A DNA stretch of 32,000 bases, from positions 403,426 through 435,425 of the forward strand of contig NZ_LR134201.1 of NCBI RefSeq assembly GCF_900635955.1, given 5' to 3'. The stretch comes from Cedecea lapagei (GTDB taxonomy: Bacteria > Pseudomonadota > Gammaproteobacteria > Enterobacterales > Enterobacteriaceae). Shown in pieces: positions 20,625 through 28,264 of the stretch. The stretch's first letter is position 1, and each line of letters opens with the position of its first letter. The position numbers were made by a program, and so were the translations under genes. The notes below the pieces were generated by a model. It saw only the letters and a program-made list of their open reading frames with translations, was not told the DNA's origin and made no database searches.

Positions 20625-21887
20625 ATGAAGCTCAATGCCAGGCAGGTAGAGACCGCAAAGCCCAAAGACAAAAACTATAAAATGGCCGACGGCGGCGGTT
20701 TGTATCTTGAGGTTTCGGCTAAGGGTTCTAAATACTGGCGCATGAAATACAGACGTCCTTCTGACAAAAAAGAGGATCGCCTGGCATTTGGTGTTTGGCC
20801 GACCGTGACTCTTGCGGAAGCAAGGGCAAAACGTGATGAAGCCAAAAAGCTATTAGTTCAGGGCATCGACCCAAAAGCCGAACAGAAGGAAGCTCAGGCC
20901 GAGAACGCTGGGGCATATACTTTCGAAACCATCGCCCGCGAATGGCATGCCAGTAATAAACGCTGGAGTGAAGACCATCGCTCGCGCGTTCTTCGTTATC
21001 TTGAGCTGTATATCTTCCCTTATATTGGTTCATCTGATATTCGTCAGCTCAAAACCAGCCAGCTATTAGCCCCGATTAAAAAAGTTGATGCAAGTGGCAA
21101 GCATGACGTCGCACAGCGCCTTCAACAGCGCGTCACGGCCATAATGCGTTACGCCGTACAGAACGATTACATCGACTCCAATCCGGCCAGTGACATGGCC
21201 GGTGCGTTATCTACAACCAAAGCGCGACACTATCCCGCATTACCCTCCAGCCGCTTCCCTGAGTTTCTTGCGCGTCTTGCCGCATACCGTGGCCGTGTAA
21301 TGACACGGATCGCGGTCGAGCTTTCACTGCTGACTTTTGTTCGCTCTAGCGAAATGCGTTTTGCCCGTTGGGATGAGTTTGATTTTGAAAAGGCTCTCTG
21401 GCGCATACCGGCGAAGCGAGAAGAGATAAAAGGCGTGCGTTACTCCTACCGTGGCATGAAGATGAAAGAGGAACATATTGTTCCACTTAGCCTACAAGCT
21501 GTGGCGTTGTTAGAGCAGCTCAAGCAAATCAGTGGTGATAAAGAGCTGCTCTTTCCGGGGGATCACGACGCAACGAAGGTCATGAGTGAAAACACTGTGA
21601 ATAGTGCGTTACGCACGATGGGCTATGACACTAAGACGGAGGTTTGCGGGCATGGTTTTAGGACTATGGCGCGAGGTGCTCTAGGAGAGTCGGGGTTATG
21701 GAGCGATGACGCGATAGAACGGCAACTGAGCCATTCAGAACGCAATAATGTACGCGCTGCGTATATTCATACATCTGAGCATTTGGATGAACGACGTTTG
21801 ATGGTGCAGTGGTGGGCTAACTATCTCGATGCCAACAAAAATGAATTTGTAACTCCATTCGATTATGCAAAACATCAAACATATTGA
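20625..21887 (+). CDS. int: P4-type tyrosine integrase (alternative start 20613)
   Basis: MKLNARQVETAKPKDKNYKMADGGGLYLEVSAKGSKYWRMKYR is the typical P4-Int/IntB N-terminus. The C-terminal catalytic region reads HGFRTMARGALGE...HSERNNVRAAYIH. It lies immediately downstream of the tRNA. Confidence 0.94.
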   Translation: MKLNARQVETAKPKDKNYKMADGGGLYLEVSAKGSKYWRMKYRRPSDKKEDRLAFGVWPTVTLAEARAKRDEAKKLLVQGIDPKAEQKEAQAENAGAYTFETIAREWHASNKRWSEDHRSRVLRYLELYIFPYIGSSDIRQLKTSQLLAPIKKVDASGKHDVAQRLQQRVTAIMRYAVQNDYIDSNPASDMAGALSTTKARHYPALPSSRFPEFLARLAAYRGRVMTRIAVELSLLTFVRSSEMRFARWDEFDFEKALWRIPAKREEIKGVRYSYRGMKMKEEHIVPLSLQAVALLEQLKQISGDKELLFPGDHDATKVMSENTVNSALRTMGYDTKTEVCGHGFRTMARGALGESGLWSDDAIERQLSHSERNNVRAAYIHTSEHLDERRLMVQWWANYLDANKNEFVTPFDYAKHQTY

Positions 21888-21897
21888 TGTTGAGAGT

Positions 21898-21932
21898 ATT
21901 TGCCTCTCTCTTTTCGAGAGAGAGGCAAATGC
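21898..21932. terminator. Bidirectional hairpin between the convergent int and cargo genes
   Basis: atttgcctctctc (21898-21910) pairs with gagagaggcaaat (21918-30), a 13-bp stem. It is followed by gctttt on the plus strand. Confidence 0.6.
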
Positions 21933-21934
21933 TT

Positions 21935-24688
21935 TTAAGCAGAAACAATCCTTCTATAGCGTTGACTAAATGCGTCTCTGCCCCCTTCCATTATGTCACA
22001 GATGTTTTTTCTTACTTCACGTTCTTGTAATCCTCCAAAGGAAAGGAAATCAGTGATACCTGACTGCTGGCTTAATGAAACAACTAGTTCAGAGTCTCCG
22101 TTCACAACAATGTTAGGATTGTGAGTTATTATAATTATTTGCCTTTTGCATTTGCTTTCTTTTATTTTCTTCACAATAAGCTCATAAACTAGTTGGTTAT
22201 CTAAATCATCTTCAGGCTGATCTAAAATTATAGGGTCATCTCCATAGGAAAGTAAAAATGCGAGAACTGTTGCTGCCTTCTGGCCTGCTGAGCCCTGAGA
22301 TAGATCTTTAAATCTTCGACCATCATTATATTTTACTGTGATTGAATCACTAGGGAACCAGCATATTAAGGCGGTGACCTCTTCCTCAGACAATGAGTTT
22401 TTAAAATCGAAGAAACGCTTGCTTAACTTCACATCCAATATTGTGTTAGCGGTTTTATCAAAAAATCCATTTTTTAGGTCTTGTATTTTATTTATAATCC
22501 CATCATTGTCCTCTGAGATTTCTTTAATCTTAGTGTTTAATATATTTAAAAAACCATTATCATCTTCATTGTATATTTCATTGCTGAATGTAGTATCATT
22601 TTTATCGATAGCGTTTCTAAAACTACTTTCAAGGAATTGTTTATCACCACAAAAATCAACATTAACTTTAAAGTTAGCATTATTATCATTTATGTCGACA
22701 AGGAATTGTCTTCTCCGGGCTGTGATTTCCTTACGAAGTTCAACTAATTTATTGTAACTTTGAACAATTTCTGATTCTTTTTGTTCAATGGTTTTTTCAT
22801 CGGCAGCGATTTTACTTAATCGTTCTGACAGTGCTTTCCTTGTACCAATAAGGCTTTCATACTCGCTTGGGTTATTAACCCCACTAGCTTGTAGGTTAGC
22901 TACTAATGTGGTGTATTGATTTTTATTGGCAATGATTTCTTGCTTCAATGCAGATGAGTCAAACCAATTGCTTAGACCTTTAATTTCGTCAGTGACATCA
23001 TTGATGGTCTTATTGAATGTGATAATATTATCTTCAACTTTTTGTTGAAGCTCTAGGATTTTGTTTTGGGTAGTCGTTTCATTTTGATTGATAAAAAGTT
23101 CAGGATTGACTTCAAGTTTAATTGGTCTGGTTTGAGTGATGTAACTAGTTATATTTTCTAAGAAATCAACATTTCCTGTAATGAAATTACGTATCAAATT
23201 ATCTTGGTTTAAAGATTTCTGATAATTTGCTAATATGCTAGCATGACTGGATCTTTCAATAGATGCTATTTTTTGATTGATATCATTTAATTGACCGGTT
23301 AAGGTACTTTTAGTGGATATATTTGTCTTTAAATCTTTAACTTCTCTTCTTAACTGAAAAATTGTGCTAACTTCATTTTCCCATTTATAGTTCCATTCGG
23401 TTAAGTTAACAATGCTTGACTCATCAATCAGGTTTAAAAGATAATTTGGTGAGCGAGATATTTCATATATTTGCTTTTGACTAAATATTTTCACGGGGAA
23501 TCTACTTATTACATTCCCTTCTTCTTGGATGACGTTTTGCCCATCAATTCGGTTTATGGATATTTGCTGGTCGCCATATCTCCATTCTAACTTATAATGA
23601 TTTTCTCCTTTTAAGTACTCTACGTGAATGCTACTATCTTCTAAAAAGACACCATCATCATCTCTGCTCTGTGCTTTTTTGGCTAGTTTAGAATAAGAGT
23701 TAAACATTTCTTTGTTGGATGATAACTGCTCCAGCTCTTTCTCTCTTCCCAAAGCCGTTCTCATAAATTCTAAAATGGTTGATTTACCGCTTCCTCTCCC
23801 ACCTATAATACAATTTAACCATGGGTGAAACTGTATTGAAAATTCATTTATTCTCCCGCAGTATTTAGTTTTGTTTATCTTTATGGATGTAATTCTGTTT
23901 TCCGCGTAAATATTTGGAGAGTTTGGGTATTGATCTGATCTTTTTAATGAGTCATCACCGTCAAATAAAGCAAGCTTTAATCCATCAATTGATGGTGTAC
24001 CCATTTTTACCCACGTAAAAGCTCTACCAACTCTGTTTGGGTGGTGAGAATCTGAACCAATTACCTCAGGAAGTCCTGTTTGTAACGAAACATACCCATG
24101 TAGTGGACTTGAACCTGGCTGGTTGGTTTCATATTCATCATGCGTTCTTATTATTTCAACTGCAGAAGCATTAGTAAGTATCTGCTTTAGGGTCGCACCT
24201 GAAGAATGAACGGTGCAAAGCCCGCTCGCTTTGTCAATATGTGCTGGAATCGCAACTCCCCCACGATTAATGATTAAATCAATAACGTCTTGCGGACTGA
24301 TTTGAGTTACTGCATCACTATCCCCTTCTGTACCGGAGTAGTTAGTTGCACCAATTATCTGAGATATAAAGCTAGATGTTTTATCAATGTCGAATATACC
24401 TAAAATATGAATGTTACCATGTGCTGTAATCTCTATACTTGGAAATATGTATATTGAATGCCCTTCTGATCTTAAATTTTCTGCTTCTATCTTTAATCTG
24501 TCGATCCATGACCCAGTATTATGATCGGTCACTGCTATGCATTCAATTCCGTGTTGAATATAATCTAATAACCATTGCCTCGGGGTCATTGTTTGTTTTA
24601 TTTGATGGTCTGCTTTACCGTAATCCATTGATGCGGGTGTATGTGTGTGGAAATCAAACTTCCACCACTTCGAACCTATTTGCTGCAT
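21935..24688 (-). CDS. PHP-domain phosphoesterase fused to a Rad50/SbcC/RecN-like coiled-coil ABC ATPase (candidate single-gene defence protein)
   Basis: The 917-aa ORF has a strong SD (caggaggatgtcATG). PHP motifs are FDFHTHTP (aa 11-18), VTDHN (53-57), IPAHID and GSDSHH (211-216). Walker A GGRGSGKST is at aa 296-304. A long K/E/N/I-rich central region follows. Then come LSQGSAGQK, Walker B IILDQPEDDLD (about aa 820) and ITHNPN. The gene is markedly AT-rich relative to its flanks. Confidence 0.85.
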   Translation of the reverse strand: MQQIGSKWWKFDFHTHTPASMDYGKADHQIKQTMTPRQWLLDYIQHGIECIAVTDHNTGSWIDRLKIEAENLRSEGHSIYIFPSIEITAHGNIHILGIFDIDKTSSFISQIIGATNYSGTEGDSDAVTQISPQDVIDLIINRGGVAIPAHIDKASGLCTVHSSGATLKQILTNASAVEIIRTHDEYETNQPGSSPLHGYVSLQTGLPEVIGSDSHHPNRVGRAFTWVKMGTPSIDGLKLALFDGDDSLKRSDQYPNSPNIYAENRITSIKINKTKYCGRINEFSIQFHPWLNCIIGGRGSGKSTILEFMRTALGREKELEQLSSNKEMFNSYSKLAKKAQSRDDDGVFLEDSSIHVEYLKGENHYKLEWRYGDQQISINRIDGQNVIQEEGNVISRFPVKIFSQKQIYEISRSPNYLLNLIDESSIVNLTEWNYKWENEVSTIFQLRREVKDLKTNISTKSTLTGQLNDINQKIASIERSSHASILANYQKSLNQDNLIRNFITGNVDFLENITSYITQTRPIKLEVNPELFINQNETTTQNKILELQQKVEDNIITFNKTINDVTDEIKGLSNWFDSSALKQEIIANKNQYTTLVANLQASGVNNPSEYESLIGTRKALSERLSKIAADEKTIEQKESEIVQSYNKLVELRKEITARRRQFLVDINDNNANFKVNVDFCGDKQFLESSFRNAIDKNDTTFSNEIYNEDDNGFLNILNTKIKEISEDNDGIINKIQDLKNGFFDKTANTILDVKLSKRFFDFKNSLSEEEVTALICWFPSDSITVKYNDGRRFKDLSQGSAGQKAATVLAFLLSYGDDPIILDQPEDDLDNQLVYELIVKKIKESKCKRQIIIITHNPNIVVNGDSELVVSLSQQSGITDFLSFGGLQEREVRKNICDIMEGGRDAFSQRYRRIVSA

Positions 24689-24818
24689 GACATCCTCCTG
24701 TCAGATTAATGGTTCATTATGATTTTTTTGCTTTTCAGTGTTACCAGACCTACTTTAACCCTTTTTTATATCCCAAACATCCTACCAAAATATAATTAAT
24801 TAATACTTACCGCGCGCA

Positions 24819-24837
24819 ATGCTCTCCCCGCCACGCC
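24819..24837 (-). other. P2/186-family cos site (cohesive-end sequence)
   Basis: atgctctccccgccacgcc is the reverse complement of GGCGTGGCGGGGAGAGCAT. From memory the 186 cos is GGCGTGGCGGGGAAAGCAT and the P2 cos is GGCGAGGCGGGGAAAGCAC, giving 1 and 3 mismatches. It sits between the cargo and psu, as in P4. Confidence 0.5.
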
Positions 24838-24935
24838 TGCCCGCTTCAGGGGGCGGTTTTAATGCAGGTGCATGAGAGGGCTCAGGACGCGCCAGCACTG
24901 GTGCGGCGGGGTGTGAAAAAATACGGGGAATAAAT

Positions 24936-24975
24936 GCAAAACCATGCAGCGTATGCATGCATGGTTATTTTTATT
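24936..24975 (-). terminator. Hairpin terminator after the sid-delta-psu operon
   Basis: aaccatgca (24940-24948) pairs with tgcatggtt (24958-24966). On the minus strand it is followed by TTTTGCATTT, and on the plus strand by ATTTTTATT. Confidence 0.5.
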
Positions 24976-25054
24976 AAATAAAAGCGGATTTTCGGGGCGT
25001 TTTATGCGGATTTTTTGCTCTTCTGCGCGGTCAGCCGGTGCATGAAAACCGGGC

Positions 25055-25567
25055 TCAGTGTCTGGCCTGATTATCTGTCCGGGATGCCCTGTCAGGCCGG
25101 AACCCAATGGCCGTCAGAATATCCCGGTCGTCCTCCGCATAATGCACCTCAACCCCGCTTGCCAGATGGACGGATAAGGCTTCGCGGATGCTGGCGGCAG
25201 CGCGGTCGAGGGCGCATTCCCTGACCCTTTCCGGCAGTTCGCGGAGGTGCATCACCTCGGGTGCCAGGGCAACGGCCAGCGCCGTGCCGTTCTCCTGCAT
25301 AAAGGCGTGGAGCTGGCGACGGATGCTGATTCGCTGTACCGCCTCATGGTCGCGGATGTAACACCCGGCAGACTGGCTGACCTCCCGTTTTTTCAGGTCG
25401 GCGGCATTGCGCAGCGCCTGTATTTCCTCCGGCTCCGGGGGGCGACCGGTGAGCTCCCGCTCCCGGAGTGCCATCTCAGCCTGTGCCAGCCCGGCTTTGG
25501 CGGTCAGCCAGGCAGTTTTGCTTTTCTGGCAGACCTCAAAGGCCTGCTCCAGTGGTGTACGATTCAT
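25055..25567 (-). CDS. psu: Polarity suppression protein Psu (capsid decoration / Rho inhibitor) homologue
   Basis: The 170-aa ORF has LEQAFEVCQKSKTAWL...AGCYIRDHEAVQRISIRRQLHAFMQENGTALAVALAPE...DILTAIGFRPD. This parallels P4 Psu as I recall it (LQQAFDTCQNNKAAWL...AGRYIRSHEAVQHISIRDRLNDFMQQHGTALAAALAPE...DILTTIGFRPD). Confidence 0.85.
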   Translation of the reverse strand: MNRTPLEQAFEVCQKSKTAWLTAKAGLAQAEMALRERELTGRPPEPEEIQALRNAADLKKREVSQSAGCYIRDHEAVQRISIRRQLHAFMQENGTALAVALAPEVMHLRELPERVRECALDRAAASIREALSVHLASGVEVHYAEDDRDILTAIGFRPDRASRTDNQARH

Positions 25568-25582
25568 ACCTGTTCTCCTGAA

Positions 25583-25828
25583 TCAGTGGCGCAGTGACGA
25601 GCGGGCGCAGTCCAGCACGCGACGGGGTGGCACAGCGGCCGCCGGAGCAGGCTCTGGCGGGGCGGTCTCTGCCGGAGGGCGTATCACCTCGTCAATGGAT
25701 TCGATGGTGCGGAACGTGGCCGAGCAGAACACGTTGACGCACTGGAGATAGCTCTGTTTGACGTTATCCGACAGGTAACGACTGGTGCGCACATGGGCAG
25801 CCTTTTTGCAGAACGGGCAGCGCATCAT
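25583..25828 (-). CDS. delta: Ogr/Delta-family zinc-finger late transcription activator (single-domain, 81 aa)
   Basis: MRCPFCKKAAHVRTSRYLSDNVKQSYLQCVNVFCSATF carries the CxxC...CxxxC Ogr/Delta zinc finger. Its start overlaps the sid stop (ATGA). It lies between sid and psu, as in P4. Confidence 0.85.
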   Translation of the reverse strand: MMRCPFCKKAAHVRTSRYLSDNVKQSYLQCVNVFCSATFRTIESIDEVIRPPAETAPPEPAPAAAVPPRRVLDCARSSLRH

Positions 25829-26667
25829 GCTCTTGCCCTCGCCGCTGCCTGCGCTTTTTCCTTCAGGGCGACCTCCTCAGCCAGTCTGCGCTGGTGCCAG
25901 GACGCATTTTGCTGGGCGGCTGTCTGGTATTTACTCATATCGACGCCGGGAAGTTCAGGGCGATTGAGGCCAAGCTGCGAGATAACCGGCTCCTGATTCA
26001 TATCCCACGCGTAGAACTCACTCTGAGTGAATACCGTGCCGCCCAGCTCGGCCATCAGGGTGGCATGGGGCAGTTTTTCCCCTTGCATCTGCATGGCGCG
26101 CAGGCGGAGCCTGAATGCCCGCACCAGAGCCGGAGAGATATTCTGGATGGCGGCTGACCACTCATGCTGTGCATACACGACCAGGGCGTCACGGTGGGTA
26201 TTGATACATGCCATGCCTGACTCGCGTGAAGCGGCCTCGGCCTGCGCTTTTTCTTCCCTGAGACCTGCCACCATCTCAGTTTTCAGCGCAATAAGGTCAT
26301 TTGCTATCTCACGGTCGGCGACCTGCTGGTAACGCTCGGCTTTCATTTCCGGGGTCATCGCCCCCAGCACTTCGCGGAAGCGGCTGCGCCAGCTTTTTTC
26401 AGCCTGTTCGCGTTCCTTCTGCGCGCTCTCGATTTCCTGCTCGTTGCGGGTAATCGCCCGTGTTGCCTCCTCCAGTTTCAGCATATTGTCTGCGTGCACG
26501 GCTTTTGCCTGGCTGAAGGCTGCCATCGCATTATTCAGGTCAGCCTCAGCTTTCTGTCGGGCTGGCTCATTCACGGTTTCCAGCGCGGCATTGATAACCG
26601 CGCGGGTGGTCTCATCCTGGGTACTGCCAAGGGTTTTCATTACTGCGTTAAACATGTCAGCTTTCAT
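25825..26667 (-). CDS. sid: Sid-like capsid size-determination (external scaffold) protein
   Basis: The 280-aa ORF is alpha-helical and A/E/Q-rich. It is the first gene of the sid-delta-psu block, downstream of an Ogr/Delta-type late promoter. It shows loose similarity to P4 Sid from memory. Confidence 0.65.
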   Translation of the reverse strand: MKADMFNAVMKTLGSTQDETTRAVINAALETVNEPARQKAEADLNNAMAAFSQAKAVHADNMLKLEEATRAITRNEQEIESAQKEREQAEKSWRSRFREVLGAMTPEMKAERYQQVADREIANDLIALKTEMVAGLREEKAQAEAASRESGMACINTHRDALVVYAQHEWSAAIQNISPALVRAFRLRLRAMQMQGEKLPHATLMAELGGTVFTQSEFYAWDMNQEPVISQLGLNRPELPGVDMSKYQTAAQQNASWHQRRLAEEVALKEKAQAAARARA

Positions 26668-26741
26668 CGTCGGGCTCTCTCTGTGTTTTCAACCTGACGC
26701 CATTCTGCCGCTCACCAGACAACAACTCGATTGATTACGGT

Positions 26742-26759
26742 TGTGGCACCGGTGGCACA
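26742..26759 (-). promoter_or_regulatory. Ogr/Delta activator site (TGT-N12-ACA dyad) of the sid late promoter
   Basis: tgtggcaccggtggcaca is a near-perfect dyad centred about 84 nt upstream of the sid ATG. This fits the -55 position of P2/P4 late promoters with a short leader. Confidence 0.6.
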
Positions 26760-26836
26760 AACAGACCTTAAAAATCAGGCTGGCCAGAGAAAGGTCTCAG
26801 GAAACCCCTGTTTCTGTTTGTTTTTTTATATATAAC

Positions 26837-26940
26837 TCTTCACCACTGTTCACCATAAAGAAAAAAATAAGTAATACAGTAAGTTAAAGGGTGAACAGTT
26901 GAGGGTCTGACTGTTCACCGTCTGTTCACCACTGTTCACC
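26837..26940. repeat. crr-like cluster of P4 alpha-binding iterons (TGTTCACC)
   Basis: TGTTCACC occurs at 26847, 26912, 26923 and 26933. An inverted GGTGAACA is at 26890 and a degenerate tcttcacc at 26837. TGTTCACC is the type I iteron of P4 ori/crr. Confidence 0.72.
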
Positions 26941-27032
26941 CTCCTGTTTTTGAGGGGGGTTACTCTCTTAGATCTTTTTGCGATTAATAAACTAAAATAT
27001 ATAAACAAAATAAATATTTAATGAGTCATCAC

Positions 27033-27080
27033 TTTGCCAACGTTTGCCAAACAATGGCCAACATTTGCCTCTGTTTGCCA
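27033..27080 (+). promoter_or_regulatory. Five helically phased TTTGCCA-like boxes upstream of the vis/alpA operon
   Basis: The boxes are tttgcca 27033, tttgcca 27043, aatggcca 27053, tttgcct 27064 and tttgcca 27074, spaced 10-11 bp apart. They are flanked by a very AT-rich tract. Confidence 0.45.
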
Positions 27081-27267
27081 TTTGGTTTATCGATAAAAAG
27101 TCAATGTTTGTTTTCGCGAAAATCAAACATGACCTGAGGAAAAATATATACATAATAAGGAGCTACCCGAAGCCGGACGGACACGCCCGGTACTGTATGG
27201 ACTTTATGAGGTAGCCCGATGCACACCGCTTTTTCTTCCCCCGTCTTCTGCCCCTGCGGCACCGCTG

Positions 27268-27486
27268 ATGCCGGTATCTGATATCACTCAGGAGCGTTTT
27301 TTACGCCTGCCCGAAGTGCTTCACCTGTGCGGCCTGTCCCGCTCCACGGTTTACGACCTCATCAGCCGGAACGCTTTCCCACAGCAGATTTCCCTCGGCG
27401 GTAAAAATGTGGCCTGGGCACACACCGAAATCACCGCCTGGATGGCCGACCGTATCGCCGCCCGTAACCGGGGCTGTGACGCATGA
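27268..27486 (+). CDS. alpA: AlpA/Vis-family phage transcriptional regulator / excisionase-like wHTH protein
   Basis: The 72-aa ORF has the canonical AlpA motif [23 protein letters not shown]...[23 protein letters not shown]. Confidence 0.88.
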   Translation: MPVSDITQERFLRLPEVLHLCGLSRSTVYDLISRNAFPQQISLGGKNVAWAHTEITAWMADRIAARNRGCDA

Positions 27487-27613
27487 GGATCCCCGTTCTG
27501 CAAAAAGCCCCTTTTTCTGGCTTGCGTCCGTTGTGTGTTTCCTGGTACAGTTTTCCCGCTGTCGCAAAATCGGCAGCCGGAATTGGCGTTCCGAATAACT
27601 TCAAGGCGACACG

Positions 27614-27637
27614 ACACGCGCCATGCGTGTTTTTTTA
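27614..27637 (+). terminator. Intrinsic terminator in the leader between alpA and the C4-like RNA
   Basis: acacgc (27614-27619) pairs with gcgtgt (27625-27630) and is followed by a T-run of six to seven. Confidence 0.5.
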
Positions 27638-27709
27638 TGTCGTTGCTCAGGCACACCCATATTCAGGGCTGTGGTGTTTATTCGTGCACCAGGGTTCTAT
27701 TCTGATAAT

Positions 27710-27789
27710 GGTAGTCCGGGCGGGGCAGCCTTCGGGCTGGCCGGTTTCCTTGAAGGCCGGTTACGCCAACCCTGTTCGGGCTACCACCA
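27710..27789 (+). ncRNA. C4-like antisense immunity RNA (P1/P7 c4 and isrK family architecture), about 80 nt
   Basis: A 9-bp acceptor-like stem (27710-27718 with 27777-27785) is followed by ACCA. There is a UUCG-capped hairpin (cagcc-uucg-ggcug). A hairpin loop carries CCUUGAAGG (27748-27756) and a single-stranded ACGCCAA is at 27763-27769. Both are complementary to two flanking target sites, one of which covers the icd-like SD. Confidence 0.45.
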
Positions 27790-27845
27790 GTGAAATTGGC
27801 GTTTCCGGTGGTAGTTTTTCAAACTACTTCAAGGAGGCTGCCATC

Positions 27846-28040
27846 ATGGCTACAACCCTCACCCTGTCACACCCGCAATTCGTCTTTGTTTTCGCTGCCG
27901 TTCGCCGCGCAGACCGCAAACCCCGTATCTGTATGCTCCGCACCGTTGCCGGGGATGAACGTACCGCCCGTCTTTCCCTTGTTCGCGACTACATCCTCGC
28001 GTTTGCCGGTCGTCTGCCAGTGACGGAGGTGTGCGCATGA
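27846..28040 (+). CDS. Icd-like small protein (often annotated Ash-family in the long form starting at 27708)
   Basis: The 64-aa ORF has a strong SD (aaggaggctgccatcATG). The translation is [21 protein letters not shown]...[13 protein letters not shown]. Its position downstream of a C4-like RNA mirrors P1 c4-icd. Confidence 0.55.
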   Translation: MATTLTLSHPQFVFVFAAVRRADRKPRICMLRTVAGDERTARLSLVRDYILAFAGRLPVTEVCA

Positions 28041-28264
28041 AACAGCCGACCCTCACCCTGAAAGATCTCGAATGCCTGGAGCACCTGCGTAACGTCGGCC
28101 AGCTCGTCACAGAAATGGCACAGGAGCAGGACTGCACTACGTTGCAACATGCCCCGGAACAGCGGTTACAGCTCACCTCCGTAATTTACCTCATGACCGC
28201 CCAGCTCGACGGCGTGGTCGAGCGCTGTAATCACCGCTGGCTTACCGGGGAGGCGAGCGCATGA
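28037..28264 (+). CDS. Hypothetical satellite protein (75 aa)
   Basis: The ATG at 28037 overlaps the icd-like stop (ATGA), and the stop overlaps the next ORF start (ATGA). This suggests a translationally coupled chain leading to alpha. Confidence 0.5.
   Translation: MKQPTLTLKDLECLEHLRNVGQLVTEMAQEQDCTTLQHAPEQRLQLTSVIYLMTAQLDGVVERCNHRWLTGEASA

Noticed and set aside
24859-25224. Small ORFs (82 aa minus strand, 69 aa plus strand) in the cos-psu interval
   Set aside because: They overlap the psu 3' end, the terminator hairpin and the cos region, and have no SD or motif. This interval is expected to be cis-acting packaging DNA.
27483-28040. A 185-aa ORF spanning the alpA-icd interval, including the 110-aa 'Ash-like' form starting at ATG 27708
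   Set aside because: The upstream two-thirds crosses an intrinsic terminator and the highly structured C4-like RNA. Only the last 64 codons have a strong SD (aaggagg, 8 nt before ATG 27846). The long form is kept as an alternative in the finding.
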